Assembly (NCBI GenBank): GCA_043228905.1
Contig: JBHGNT010000018.1
Coordinates: forward strand, 7,254,001 to 7,318,000
Direction: 5' to 3'
Source: Azolla caroliniana
Taxonomy: Eukaryota > Plantae > Polypodiophyta
Length of the DNA stretch: 64,000 nt
Positions 24,019 through 35,400 of the stretch are shown piece after piece. Every line of letters begins with the position of its first letter. The stretch's first letter is position 1. A program made the position numbers and the translations under genes. The notes beneath the pieces were generated by a model. That model was given only the letters and a program-made list of their open reading frames with translations. It was not told the origin of the DNA and searched no databases.

Positions 24019-27000
24019 CTTCGGCATGGGATGTCTTTCCAATCCGATCCTCTTCCGGCATGCTTCCAGCTTGTCGGGTGTGAGCACCTTGGTCAGCATA
24101 TCCGACCCGTTCTCGTCGGTGTGGATCTTCGTCAGCACGAACTCCTTGTCTTCTATCCTTTCCCGGATCCAGTGATATCTTCGCTGGATGTGCTTCGTCC
24201 GGGAGTGATAGGCTGCGTTCTTCGCAAGGTGGATGGCACTCTGACTGTCGCAGTAGAGTCGGTACTCCTCCTGCCGGATACCGAGCTCTCTAATGAAGTC
24301 CTTCATCCATATTATTTCCTTGCCGGCTTCAACAGCTGCCATGTACTCCGCCTCCGTGGTTGACAACGCAACCGTCTTCTGCAGCCTCGACTGCCACGAA
24401 ACAGCTCCCCCTGCATACGTCATCACATACCCTGATGTGGACCGGCTGGTATCTGCATCAGCCGACATATCCGAATCGGTGAAGCCGTCGAGTTCGGGCT
24501 TACCGGAGCCGAATCGGAGGCACACGTTTGCCGTGCCCTTCAGGTATCGGAGTATCCACTTGACCGCGTTCCAGTGCTCTTTGCCGGGATTGCTCATGTA
24601 CCGGCTCACCACTCCGACTGCATATCCTATGTCCGGTCTCGTACACACCATGGCGTACATCAAGCTCCCGACTGCTGAGGCATACGGCACTTTCATCATA
24701 TCCTCCTTTTCAGCCTTTGTCTTGGGACTTTGCTTGCTGGACAGCTTGCAGTTTGTCGGGAGGGTCGATCCGACCGGTCTTGCTTCCGACATGTTGAACC
24801 GTTGAAGCACCTTTGTCACGTACTTCTCCTGTGACAGCCACAACTGCTTCTTCTTCCGGTCCCGGATGATGTGCATCCCTAGTATTTGCCTCGCCGGACC
24901 CAGGTCCTTCATTGAGAAGGTTCGGTGAAGAGCCTTCTTCAGCATCCGTATCTTGACCTGGTCCCGTCCGACGATCAACATGTCGTCCACGTACAGGAGG
25001 AGTATTAGGAAGTCTCCTCCTTCAAACTTCTTCACAAACACGCAGTGGTCGGACTGCGTTTTGAGGTACCCTTCGTCGGTCATGAAGGAGTCGAACTTCC
25101 GGTACCATTGCCGGGGAGCCTGCTTCAGTCCGTAAAGGCTCTTCTTCAATCGGCATACCAGGTGCTCCTTCCCTTTCTTCTCGAATCCTTCCGGTTGCTG
25201 CATGTAGATCTCTTCATCGAGGTCACCGTGAAGGAATGCCGTCTTCACGTCCATCTGTTCTACCTCGAGGTCCATGCTTGCCGCTATGCTCAGCACCGTC
25301 CGGATGGAGGTCATCTTCACTACCGGGGCAAATATCTCGTCGAAGTCGACGCCCTTCTTCTGCTGAAACCCCTTCACCACGATCCTGGCTTTGTATCTCG
25401 GGGGGTTTCCGGCATCTCCCGGTTTCAGCTTGAACACCCACTTGTTTCGCAGTGCCCGCTTTCCTTTCGGCAACTCCACAAGTTCATATGTGTGGTTCTC
25501 ATGCAGGGAATCCATCTCGTCCTGCATGGCACTCAACCACCTGCGGCTCTGGGTGTCATGCTTTGCTTCTTCAAAGCTCTCCGGCTCCCCCTCGTCGGTT
25601 AGCAACACGTGCTCTGGTTCCGGAAATCTCCGGGGGGCTCTCCTCTCTCTTAGAGGATATCTCCGTTCGGGAGCTTCGGTAACCGGTTCTTCCGATTCTT
25701 CTTCTTCATCCGAATCCATTTCGGGATCGGGGCCGGTTCCGGTATCATTTTCATCTTCTTCGGCCGGTTCTGTTTCTTCACCGTCTTCGGCCGGATCCTC
25801 GAGTGTTAACCGGTCCCTTGCCGGTCGGGACTGCTCCTCGTAGAGTTGATCCTCACCGATCGACTTGGAGCTCTTCATCTTCTTCTCCGACTCCCAGTCG
25901 GCGAGTGTCTTGTCCTCCATGAAGATGATGTCTCGACTCCTGAATATCTTCTTGTCGACCGGGTCCCATACTCGGTAGCCGAACTCGTCGTCGCCGTAAC
26001 CGAGGAATATGCATGGCCGGGTCTTAGGATCTAGCTTTCCTCTCCGGTCCTTTGCCACATGCACGTATGCGAGACACCCGAACACCTTCAGATGCCGGTA
26101 GGACACTTCCTTACCGGTCCACACTCTCTGCGGCGTGTCTCCGTCCAAAGGAACTGAGGGTGATCTGTTTATCACATATGTCGCCGTCGACATTGCCTCA
26201 GCCCAAAACCCCTTGGGTAATTTCGCATGCGCCAGCATACTTCGGACCCGCTCCATTATGGTCCGGTTCATCCTCTCGGCCAGCCCGTTCAGTTCCGGCG
26301 TCTTCGGCACAGTAAACTCGAGCCGGATTCCCTTCGAGCGACAGTACTCCTGGAACTGCCCCCGGTATTCCCCTCCGTTATCCGCTCGTATCGCTTTCAG
26401 CTTCTTGCCGGATTCCCTTTCCACTCTCGCGTGGAGTTCTTTGAAGACGGACAACACTTGGTCCTTTGTCTTCAACGGTGCCGTCCACAGCTTCCGGCTG
26501 TGATCATCAATGAATGTCACGAAGTACTGGGCTCCGCCATGTGACTTCGTCTCTACCTGACACACGTCAGTGTGCACCAACTCCAATGGTGCGCTACGTC
26601 TCGTCGGTGGCCTTGAGTGGAAGGAGGTTCGGTTCTGCTTACCGGCCAGGCAATCGGTGCACTTCTCCAGGTGCACGTGCTTCACTGGGATGAGGTTGTC
26701 TTCTGCAAGCCTCTTCATCCCCTTCTCACTCATGTGGCACAGTCTTTTGTGCCACAGCTCACCGGCAGTGTCGGCTGCCACATTCAGCTCTTCCGGACAT
26801 AACCGGGCATTCATCAGGTACAGTGTGTTGACCTTCCGGGCCCGAACCACTATCAAGCTCCCCTTGCTGAACTTCATGACACCGTTCCGGATGCTACCCG
26901 TGTAGCCTTCATCATCTAGCCTCCCGGCCGAAATCAGGTTCAATCGGACCTCCGGAACGTGTCGGACATCTTTCAGCAGCATTTTGCATCCGGTCGGGGT

Positions 27001-28092
27001 TGTCAACCACACGTCTCCTATGCCGGCAATCCGGCACGTACCTTCATTTCCCATCCGAACACAGCCATGCTCGCCGGCTGTGTAGGATGAGAAGTATCTT
27101 CTCTCCGGGGTCAGGTGGAACGATGCTCCGGAATCGACCACCCAGGTCGTCTCATCGCCGGCAACGTTTAGCTCACCTTCTTCGGTGATGAGCATGATTT
27201 CTTCCTCACTTGCCGCGAGTGCCGTTGTTCCTTTCCGGTCTTGCCCTCGCCGATCCGAACCTCTCCGGTCCGTGGCTCCCCGGTATGCACCGTTTCTCTC
27301 CGGTGACTTCTTCGAGTCGGTGTCGTCGGCTCCGTTGTCTTTTCGGTAATGCCGACAATTCTTTCGGAAGTGCCCCGGCTTCCCACAGTGGAAGCATGTG
27401 GGCCTTCCTCTTGACTGCGACCGGGTCCCCGACTTCTCCCGTCTTTGCGGACTCCGGTTCCATTGTCTTCCCCGATCCGATTCGGTAAACAGCATCTTCG
27501 GGTCGGAGGCCGGTTCCTTATCTCTCCGACGCGCTTCTTCATTCAGAATACTTGTCTTTACAGTTTGTAAGGACAAGTTATCTTCGGTGCACGAGGTGCT
27601 GAGAGTCACCACCAAGTTCTCCCAGCTTTCCGGCAATGTACACATCAGGATGATGGCTTGCATTGCATCCTCCAACGGGAACTTGATCGCCGCAAGCTGG
27701 TTCACGAATCCCATGAACGTGCTTACGTGTTCCACCATACTCTCGCCGTCCCGATACTTGAGATTCACAATCTTCCTCATCAGGGAGGTCCGGTTCAACG
27801 CATTCTTCCTCTCATAGAGGCCAGACAGCTTCTTCCACATCTCGTATGCGTTGGTGTCGTTCGCCACATGTTGCAGGACGCTTACGTCGACATATTGTCG
27901 GATCGTCGCTACGGCTTTCCGGTTCAGGAGCTTCCACTCCGACTCAAGTACCCCCTTCGGTATTTCCGACCTGTCAATCGGTTCGTACAGGTCCCGAACA
28001 ATCAGAAGATCCTCCATCTTGATCTTCCAGTCGGCGTAATTCTGTGCATTCAGCACCATCATCATCGGCTGCCCGCTGCCGCCGCCTTCCAT
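24016..28092 (-). CDS. Copia Gag-Pol polyprotein, 1358 aa
   Basis: ATG at 28092 (MEGGGSGQ), just downstream of the PBS. Motifs CFHCGKPGHFRKNC, WVVDSGAS, WHKRLCH..CTDC, VHTDVC, ADNGGEY, MDVKTAFLHG, LLYVDDML, FTDSD, RTKHI. Confidence 0.96.
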   Translation of the reverse strand: MEGGGSGQPMMMVLNAQNYADWKIKMEDLLIVRDLYEPIDRSEIPKGVLESEWKLLNRKAVATIRQYVDVSVLQHVANDTNAYEMWKKLSGLYERKNALNRTSLMRKIVNLKYRDGESMVEHVSTFMGFVNQLAAIKFPLEDAMQAIILMCTLPESWENLVVTLSTSCTEDNLSLQTVKTSILNEEARRRDKEPASDPKMLFTESDRGRQWNRSPQRREKSGTRSQSRGRPTCFHCGKPGHFRKNCRHYRKDNGADDTDSKKSPERNGAYRGATDRRGSDRRGQDRKGTTALAASEEEIMLITEEGELNVAGDETTWVVDSGASFHLTPERRYFSSYTAGEHGCVRMGNEGTCRIAGIGDVWLTTPTGCKMLLKDVRHVPEVRLNLISAGRLDDEGYTGSIRNGVMKFSKGSLIVVRARKVNTLYLMNARLCPEELNVAADTAGELWHKRLCHMSEKGMKRLAEDNLIPVKHVHLEKCTDCLAGKQNRTSFHSRPPTRRSAPLELVHTDVCQVETKSHGGAQYFVTFIDDHSRKLWTAPLKTKDQVLSVFKELHARVERESGKKLKAIRADNGGEYRGQFQEYCRSKGIRLEFTVPKTPELNGLAERMNRTIMERVRSMLAHAKLPKGFWAEAMSTATYVINRSPSVPLDGDTPQRVWTGKEVSYRHLKVFGCLAYVHVAKDRRGKLDPKTRPCIFLGYGDDEFGYRVWDPVDKKIFRSRDIIFMEDKTLADWESEKKMKSSKSIGEDQLYEEQSRPARDRLTLEDPAEDGEETEPAEEDENDTGTGPDPEMDSDEEEESEEPVTEAPERRYPLRERRAPRRFPEPEHVLLTDEGEPESFEEAKHDTQSRRWLSAMQDEMDSLHENHTYELVELPKGKRALRNKWVFKLKPGDAGNPPRYKARIVVKGFQQKKGVDFDEIFAPVVKMTSIRTVLSIAASMDLEVEQMDVKTAFLHGDLDEEIYMQQPEGFEKKGKEHLVCRLKKSLYGLKQAPRQWYRKFDSFMTDEGYLKTQSDHCVFVKKFEGGDFLILLLYVDDMLIVGRDQVKIRMLKKALHRTFSMKDLGPARQILGMHIIRDRKKKQLWLSQEKYVTKVLQRFNMSEARPVGSTLPTNCKLSSKQSPKTKAEKEDMMKVPYASAVGSLMYAMVCTRPDIGYAVGVVSRYMSNPGKEHWNAVKWILRYLKGTANVCLRFGSGKPELDGFTDSDMSADADTSRSTSGYVMTYAGGAVSWQSRLQKTVALSTTEAEYMAAVEAGKEIIWMKDFIRELGIRQEEYRLYCDSQSAIHLAKNAAYHSRTKHIQRRYHWIRERIEDKEFVLTKIHTDENGSDMLTKVLTPDKLEACRKRIGLERHPMPK

Positions 28093-28106
28093 TTTCTGCA
28101 ACAGTC

Positions 28107-28118
28107 GCTCTGATACCA
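28107..28118 (-). promoter_or_regulatory. PBS (tRNA-iMet) of Copia T
   Basis: TGGTATCAGAGC, 3 nt after the 5' LTR. Confidence 0.95.
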
Positions 28119-28121
28119 GTT

Positions 28122-28728
28122 TGTTGGGAATCAACGCTTCGATTCACCTTCTTCCCTCGGCCACAAGCGAGTAATCGCGGATCAATGCAGCAGAAAATAG
28201 GAAATACAGAGAAAGACACGATACACAGGGATTAACGTGGAAAACCCTATACGGGAAAAACCACGGGAGTGCGAAACTCCAAACCAAACTATGCACAGAG
28301 AAATATACAATGGCGAGCTGCAAGGCAACGACCTTGAGCTCGCTGTCCTCGCCACAGGCGGCGGAAATACACAGAGGCGTCTACCTCTTCCTCACTCGCG
28401 CTCTATCTCTCACTCTGTCTCACGGCTGCTCCCTCTTCACTCCTCTTGAGTGGAAAAACAGAAAAATGAGAAGCAACAGAAAAACTGTTTGCCCTAAGTC
28501 ATATTTATACTTATATGACTTTGGGCTATTTACAACTATAGCCTCAGGGGGCTCGTAGCGAACATATTCACGGATATGTCCCTGCATCCGGATCGCTCTC
28601 CGGGTACATTCGTCATCCGGCACCGAAGCCGGGGTCTTCGTCATCCGGATCCGAAACCGAAACCGGGCTTGTCGGCATTCATCTCCGATATCCGACCATC
28701 CCATCCGAAAGGGACCGAAATCCCAACA
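28122..28728 (-). repeat. 5' LTR of Copia T
   Basis: Near-identical to 23399-24005. Confidence 0.96.
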
Positions 28729-28733
28729 GAAGT

Positions 28734-29488
28734 TAAAGGACAAAAAGCAGGCTGCGGAGGACAAATCCAAGATGGGGCTCGGCCGGATCCACGCCATTGT
28801 GCTGGGATGGAAAGAACGAACAAAGAGTATGATTGGTGAAAGCTCAGTGCAATGGTGGTCAAAATGGGCACAACAGGTGGCGGAATTACAGACGCTGCGA
28901 GTGGGATGTGGAAAACCGGAGAAAGGACGGTGACAACTTCTACAAGATGGATGCAGAGAGGATTGTAACCATCTGGGAGGAGTTGTCGAACGATTTCTTG
29001 TCCCTGGCAGGGAACAAATAGCAGTTGTAAGGCAACTAGTAGAACAACTAGATGATGACCAACTTGGCACTCAACTCCAGCTCGAGCGATACGAATGGGA
29101 GCGAAGACAGTAGATAGCATCACAAATGTAGGCGGCAATTAACATCAGTGATGGAGAGCAATCTTTAGAGCAACCACCAAATGTAGCCGGGAACGGTGAA
29201 GGCCAGCCAAACGAAGCCCGAGTGGAACAGCCGGAAGAAGTCAAACCAAAGGAGGTAGACAAAGCCCCAGTGCAGCACTAGGAGGAGCAAAGAACGAAGG
29301 AGTCGAAGCCAGAAGCGCCGGTACTAGTAGAGTTAGATACGAACAGAGTCGGAGAGCAGGCCGAAGACCAACAACAACAACAGCAACTACAACCGGAGGA
29401 GCAATAGCAGAAGCCGATGGAGCAACTACCCAATAAACCATTGGAACCCCTGGACCAGAGCATTCTGGACATTTTGGAGGATGAATGA
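28734..29488 (+). pseudogene. Extra ORF of G2, C-terminal part
   Basis: Resumes after TSD GAAGT with KSKMGLGRI...WWSKWAQQVA and ends PLEPLDQSILDILEDE*. Confidence 0.8.
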
Positions 29489-29497
29489 AGGGGGTAA

Positions 29498-29541
29498 CTG
29501 TGGGTTCGACGTACAATTTATTGTCCCACGGGCGTGCCATG
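29498..29541 (+). other. tRNA-Arg(UCU) 3'-half-like motif ending in CCA, at the PPT position of G2
   Basis: CTGTGGGTTCGA-cgtacaatttatt-GTCCCACGGGCGTGCCA-tg-TGTTGG(LTR). Confidence 0.8.
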
Positions 29542-29980
29542 TGTTGGCCGGTTAGGCCAGAGTATGAAAGGGGAATCGGTTTTGGGAGTTGTAATTAGAT
29601 AAATTATGATAAATATAAATTCAGACAGACGGACGTGGAATCGGTATGCCGATCCGGATCTGGACCAGTTCGTAGCCGGTTGCCGGTTGGCACTATTTTG
29701 TAGCACAACCAGATACCTATAAAAGGATCCGGAGATGATGTAATGGATGATGGATAATTAATAGAGAAGTGTTGTATCTTTACATATTGTGTATCTTGTT
29801 AATACCGTTCTGTGCTTAATGTGATTAACATAGGCGTGTATCAAGTTAATCATTCCGGAGAGTGACCGGGAAGGATCGGTCCTCTATCACGGTTTGCACA
29901 TTCCTTACCGTACCACCCCTTTGGTGAAGTGTTCTAAAGGGACACCTTGTGTTAGCGGCTTGTCCAGCCCGGTGACAACA
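29542..29980 (+). repeat. 3' LTR of G2
   Basis: TGTTG...CAACA, 439 bp. Shares CCCTTTGGTGAAGTGT...GACACC.TGTGTTAG with the G1 LTR. Confidence 0.88.
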
Positions 29981-30401
29981 ATAGTCGACTCTCTCTATCT
30001 CCTTCAAAGTAGTCTTCTGTAATCTAAATTGCCACGACACGGCTCCCCCAACATAGGTCAAATCACATAACATGGTGGGGATCCATGGGAGTCTACATCC
30101 CTCAACATGTTTGAGTCGGTAAAACTTCGAGGATAGGTTTTCCGAAACCATACCCGACGCATACCTTTGAGGTTCCTTTCAAGTACCTTAGTATCCATTT
30201 CACTGCTACCCAATGTTCTTTTCTTGGATTACTCATGTATCGGCGTAATTCTCCCACAACAAATGCTATGTCTAGTGTCATACAAACCATAGCATACATC
30301 AAAATGCCGACGGGCAAGGCATACAATACTGTTCTTATCTCGGCCTCGTCCTTTTCGTTCTTCAGACATTGTTTGACATTCATCATGCAGTTTGTCGGCA
30401 A
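29981..30401 (-). pseudogene. Old Copia F, RT C-terminal/RNase H fragment
   Basis: VGILMYAMVC...YMSNPRKEHWVAVKWILRYLKGT and TYVGGAVSWQFRLQK. Probably continues at 59573. Confidence 0.8.
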
Positions 30402-30729
30402 TACAGAGCCGGCAAGGAAATACTATGGATCAAAGACTTCATCGATGAGCTAGGGATCCGGCAAGAGGAATACTGGCTCTATTGCGACAATCAAAGTGAC
30501 ATCCACCTTGTGAAGAATGCAGCATATCATTCCATGACGAAGGACATCTAGAGGAGGTACCACTGGATCTGGGAGCGAGTGGAAGATTGAGAGTTCGTGT
30601 TGATGAAGATCCACACGGAGGAGAATAGGTCAGATATGCTGACCAAGGTGCTGACGCCCGACAAGCTGGACGCATGCCGGAAGCGAATTGGACCAACTAG
30701 ACATCCCATGCCGGAGTGAAGTGGGAGTT

Positions 30730-31325
30730 TGTTAGGATTTCGGTTCCTCCGGATGGGATGATGAAGGCCCGATGAGAACCGGATGATGAGTACCCGGCAA
30801 GGAAGACCCGGTGAGAACCGGATGATGAAGGCTCAATGAGAACCGGATGTTGCAAGCTCGGTAAGGACCTCTCACCGGATGAAGGGACATATATGTAAAT
30901 ATGTTCCAGAGTGCCCATTGGGGCTATATTTGTAAATATCCCGAAAGTCATATTAGTATAAATATGACATAGGGCAAACTCTTGGTTAGTAGTTGTCATT
31001 ATTTTCTTGTATAGAGTTATTGGTGTAACTGCTGTATAGAGCATAGCTAAGGGAAAGAGAGAGAGACAGAGTGAGTCTCTATTGTAATCGCCGCAAAGCG
31101 AAGATTGTGAGCACCAGGTCGTTGCTTCTGTGTTCCCCTGTTGTATTCTCCTTACATAGTGATAGTTTGGAGTCCGTGGGCTCCCGTGGTTTTTCCCGTT
31201 TAGGGTTTTTCACGTTAACATCCTGTGCATTCTCCACTTCCACTTCTCCATTTTATTGTGTTTGATGATCATTAAGTGATCTAAGTCTCGGTTGTGGCTG
31301 AAGATTATTCTGCATATTCGCGTCA
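30730..31325 (+). repeat. LTR of Copia B, with an upstream PPT and a downstream PBS
   Basis: GAGTGAAGTGGGAGTT|TGTTAGGATTT...CGTCA|ATCAGGTATCAGAGC. Confidence 0.9.
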
Positions 31326-31355
31326 ATCAGGTATCAGAGCAAAACGACATAGGAA

Positions 31356-31989
31356 ATGGAAGATTTATTTCGCGGCATGTTGAAGCTCACTGGCTCCAAC
31401 TACTCAGTGTGGATGTCAAAGATGAGGGACATGATCATGGTCAAGGATCTCTGGTTGCCGGTTCAGTTCGGGGACAAGAGACCAAAGAAGATCGACGCCG
31501 AGGTGTGGGAGGCGATGCACATGAAGACAACGGCATACATCTGGTGCTTCAACGACATCAGCCTGTACAACAACTTCAATGAAGACAACAAGTCTCATGA
31601 GCTCTAGAAGAAGATCGGCATTATGTTTCAGAACAAAAATGTTGTTAATTACGTATCGGTATTCCCGAAGCTAGTGAGGCTCCGGTACCAAGATGGCTCC
31701 ACCTTGGCGGAGCACATGAATGCCTTCCAAGGGCTGATTCACTAGGCAACATCGTTGGTAGTACCTCTCGCCAATGAGGTACTAGCATTGCTCCTGCTCG
31801 GTTGCCTCCCAAATAGCTAGGAGACGTTAGTTGTCACTTTGGGCAACGCCAAGCCAGAAGGGAAACAATTATCCCTAGCAAGAGTTAAGTCGAGCTTGCT
31901 AGATGAGGAGGCGCGTCGGAAAGACAAGGATACAAGCTCCGACTTCAAAGTGCTCCTTACCGAATCAGAACGCGGAAGACAAAGGAACC
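31356..31989 (+). pseudogene. gag of Copia B (N-terminal part)
   Basis: MEDLFRGMLKLTGSNYSVWMSKMRDM..., homologous to 51046-51680; contains stops. Confidence 0.85.
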
Positions 31990-32388
31990 TGTTGAGCGAC
32001 AAGCTCAACCGGATCCGAATCGGCTGAATAAGCCTAACCTGGATCGGCATCAAGAAGGGTGAGTCGGTGAGCTGGGGAGCTGGTTAGCTAGATGAAGCAG
32101 TAACTGGAAGCCAAGTAGCAGCTAGTCTACTAGGGAGTTAATATCTCGTAGATAGTGTCAGATGCTCGTGTGAGCATTGAAGTACACCGTACTTCTGTCA
32201 GTCCGGATGGACTTGTATAAAAGTGTTCACTGAACACATAGGATCTACAGACTGAGTAGTATTTTTTGAATTGAGTTTCTGTGTGCTCTCTCTCTATCTC
32301 TGTCTCTCCCACGTACTGTTAAGCTCTCCATTAAACCTGTTTTCTGCTTTCTATTTTCTATTGCTTCGGCACGCTATTTGTTTCTACA
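31990..32388 (+). repeat. 5' LTR of A2
   Basis: TGTTGAGC...TTTCTACA. Confidence 0.93.
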
Positions 32389-32480
32389 TGCTATCAGAGC
32401 GCGAGGGTTGAGAACCTTTGCAGTCGACATTCGCTTTCGCAAGAAGAAAACCTAACCTTTGTAAAGAACAAAAAAAAAAA

Positions 32481-35400
32481 ATGGATAGAGGAATGGCTAG
32501 CTCGCTCCCGGTGGAGAAGCTCAAGAGATCCAACTACGCGTCTTGGTCATACACGATGCACTAGTACTTGCTTAGGCATGGGTATTGTAGCTATGTCGAC
32601 GGAGCTAATGACACAACACCTGATGTGGCACACAAGGACCTCCCGGTGTGGGAACAATTGACAAGAAGAGTGATGTACTGCATTGCGTCCAGTGTCGGAG
32701 ACTAGCTACTGAGCCACGTCTGAGATGCCAAGACGCCGAAAGAGGCTTGGGGAAACCTGAAGAAGGTGTTCGCCGCAAGCACTACATCCCGGAAGCTGCA
32801 ACTCTGACAGGAGTTAAGCAATGTCCAGCAGAAGGACATGTCGGTGGCTGATTACACGACCCGAATCAAAGAGATATGTGACTCGCTTGCCTCTATCAAC
32901 GTCACAGTAGAGGAAGACGAGATGGTATAGGTCTGTCTTGGGGGCCTCGCGTCTAAATTCTGAGCTTTCTGGACACCAATATGTACGAGGGAGAATACAC
33001 CGTCATTTTTCGACTTACAATCGATGCTCCTTGTAGAGGAGAACCACACCGGTGCGTCAACAAGTGCACCCACTGACAGCCGGATGCTGTACATGGAGGC
33101 GGAGGTGGGTCGGCACGCAATGGAGGCAGCCGGCAAGGGCAAGACCAACAGCACAGAGACCGTGCCGACAGCAATTCCGGGACCTCCACAACCAGGGGGA
33201 GTCAAGGTGGTGCCGGAGGCCGGCAAGACAAATCCGCCATGGAATGCTATTACTGTGGCAAAAAGGGCCACAGAGAAAGCGAGTGCTTGAAGAAGCGCGC
33301 CAATTCGGACAGATCTGGAAACGACAAAACCGGTCAGGAGAACCGACAAAGATCGCACTACGCGGAAGGATCGAAAGGATCCGGAACCGGGAAGACCGGT
33401 AAGGGGCCAGCCTTGGTGTTGAAGCACGAGCCAAATTCGATGAAGAAGACCACTTCCAAATCGGAGGAAGTGTGGTACGTTGATTCCGGTGCATCAAATC
33501 ACATAACGAACCACAAAGAGTGGTTCTCCTTCCTGGAGAAACCGGAATAACCGGGAGTTGTCGAAACCGGAGACGACACTCCTCACCCAATCATGCATAT
33601 TGGTGAAGTCCCATTGAGCCATGTCGGACAGAGGGGGAAGCCGATGAACGTATTACACGTTCTGACTATCACGAAGAACCTGGTGTTGGTCGAACAAATT
33701 GTCGACCAGGGAATGCAGGTGCGGTTTACGCACCTCGGGTGGTTCATCGAGGAGGAGGGCCAGATTATTGCGCAAGGGCGCAGAGACGGGAGGATGTTCA
33801 TCCTCGACACCAATGACATTGGCACCGCTCTGTTTGCAAAAGGACAAAAGGTCGAATCGGACATCGATCTCTGGCACAAGCGGATCGGCCACGTCAATTA
33901 TCGGAGCCTTCAAGACCTGCAAATGAAACAAGTTGTTTTCGGTTTGCAGAAGTTTAGTGGCCGGAAGGCCCAAGTATGTGAAGCCTGCTAGCTCGGGAAG
34001 CAACACCGGCTTCCATTCCCCACCGAATGAAACCGTAGCCGTAACAAGCTCGACCTTATTCATTCGGATGTATCGGGACCGGCACAAAACGTGAGTCTTG
34101 GCGAGAATCGATACTTCGTCTCCTTCATCGACGACTATAGTCAGCACACATGGATCTACTTCATTGAGCGGAAGAGCGAAGTCTTCAACTGTTTCCGGAA
34201 CTTCCAAAGCATGGTGGAACGGGAATCGGAGAGGAAGATCAAGTGCCTGCGGTCAGATAGCGGATAAGAATATTTTTCCGGCCAATTCAACAGTTATCTG
34301 TAGCAAACAGGAATTCAGAGAGAGTTCAGCTGCAGATACACACCGGAGCAAAATGGTGTGGCCAAAAGGAAGAACCGGTCGCTTGTCGACATGGCAAGGG
34401 CAATGCTGGAAGAGAAGAGCATGCCCCATTTCTACTGGGTGGAGGCGGTCCGGACGGCCGTCTACATCCAAAACCTGATCGGTGACAAGGTGTCCACGCA
34501 TGAGTTGTATTTCGGGCGCAAGCCTAATTTGAGGGACCTTCGGATTTTCGGCATCATAGCATATGTGCATGTGTCGGATGAGAAGCGGAGGAAGCTAGAT
34601 GCAAAATTGAAGAAGTGCATCCTCGTCAGCTACTCACATCAGCAAAAGGGGTATAAGTGTTATAACCCCCGAACGAAGTAGGTCCGAGTTAGCTGCAATG
34701 TTTGAGTTTGATGAGACGGCATCATGGCATGCCTTACTGACTCCGACTTCCGACCTCAACCGGATATCGGAGGATGAGGCTAGCGAGCCTGAACTGGTCC
34801 AGATAGAAGATGATGAATCTGGGACCCAAGAAGAGAGTCTGGCATCGTTTCGGTTGATTGAATCCGACTAGTCAGACGCGGAACCGGCGAGTAGTGAAGA
34901 CTCTGTCGTGCTCTCCCCGCGCAAGGAACCGAGGAGACAGTTGACGCGCAAAGAGAAGGGGAAGAAGAAGATGCCAGAAAATGAAACCAGTAATGATGAG
35001 TCGGATCAGAGCGGATCCGACTCCGGAAAGGAAAATGACGACTCTTTGGCACCGAAGACCGAACCGGCCAAGAAGGGTCTCAAACCGGGTAACGGTGGGT
35101 TACACCGGTCAACCCGCTAGAAGGAAACTGTTAAGCGGTACAGGTACAATGAGTACATGGCGCATCACTATGCGTAGATGACCTAGGTGACAGAAGTGTG
35201 TGAGCCAGAGTGCTACGTAGAAGCGGCAAGGAATGCAAATTGGCGTGCCGCTATGGAGGACGAGATGCGGGCACTTGATGCCAATGATACATGGAACCTG
35301 GTTGACCCTCCCCGTCACAGTAAACCAATCGGATGCAAGTGAGTGTACAAGGTAAAGTACAACGTCAACGATTCAGTTAACCGGTACAAGGCCTCGTTAG

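Larger units (their letters stand above)
23399..28728 (-). mobile_element. Intact, very young Ty1/Copia element T (Tork/Tnt1-like)
   Basis: 607-bp LTRs (23399-24005, 28122-28728) with one visible mismatch, TSD GAAGT (23394-23398, 28729-28733), tRNA-iMet PBS, PPT and an uninterrupted ORF. Confidence 0.97.
15997..29980 (+). mobile_element. Gypsy element G2 (relative of G1), 5'-truncated, interrupted by a Copia at 23399-28728
   Basis: Collinear with G1 from MPYQYPKYRDDPD onward. 3' LTR 29542-29980. No 5' LTR or PBS. Confidence 0.9.

Noticed and set aside
28093-28134. ORF-track start MIPNKLVSERLLQK for the Copia T polyprotein
   Set aside because: It begins at a non-ATG codon inside the LTR and runs through the PBS; the ATG at 28092 is the plausible start.
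29460-29541. Functional tRNA-Arg gene
   Set aside because: Only the T-arm/acceptor 3' half is present, the T-loop has a 13-nt insertion, and there is no D-arm or anticodon arm.
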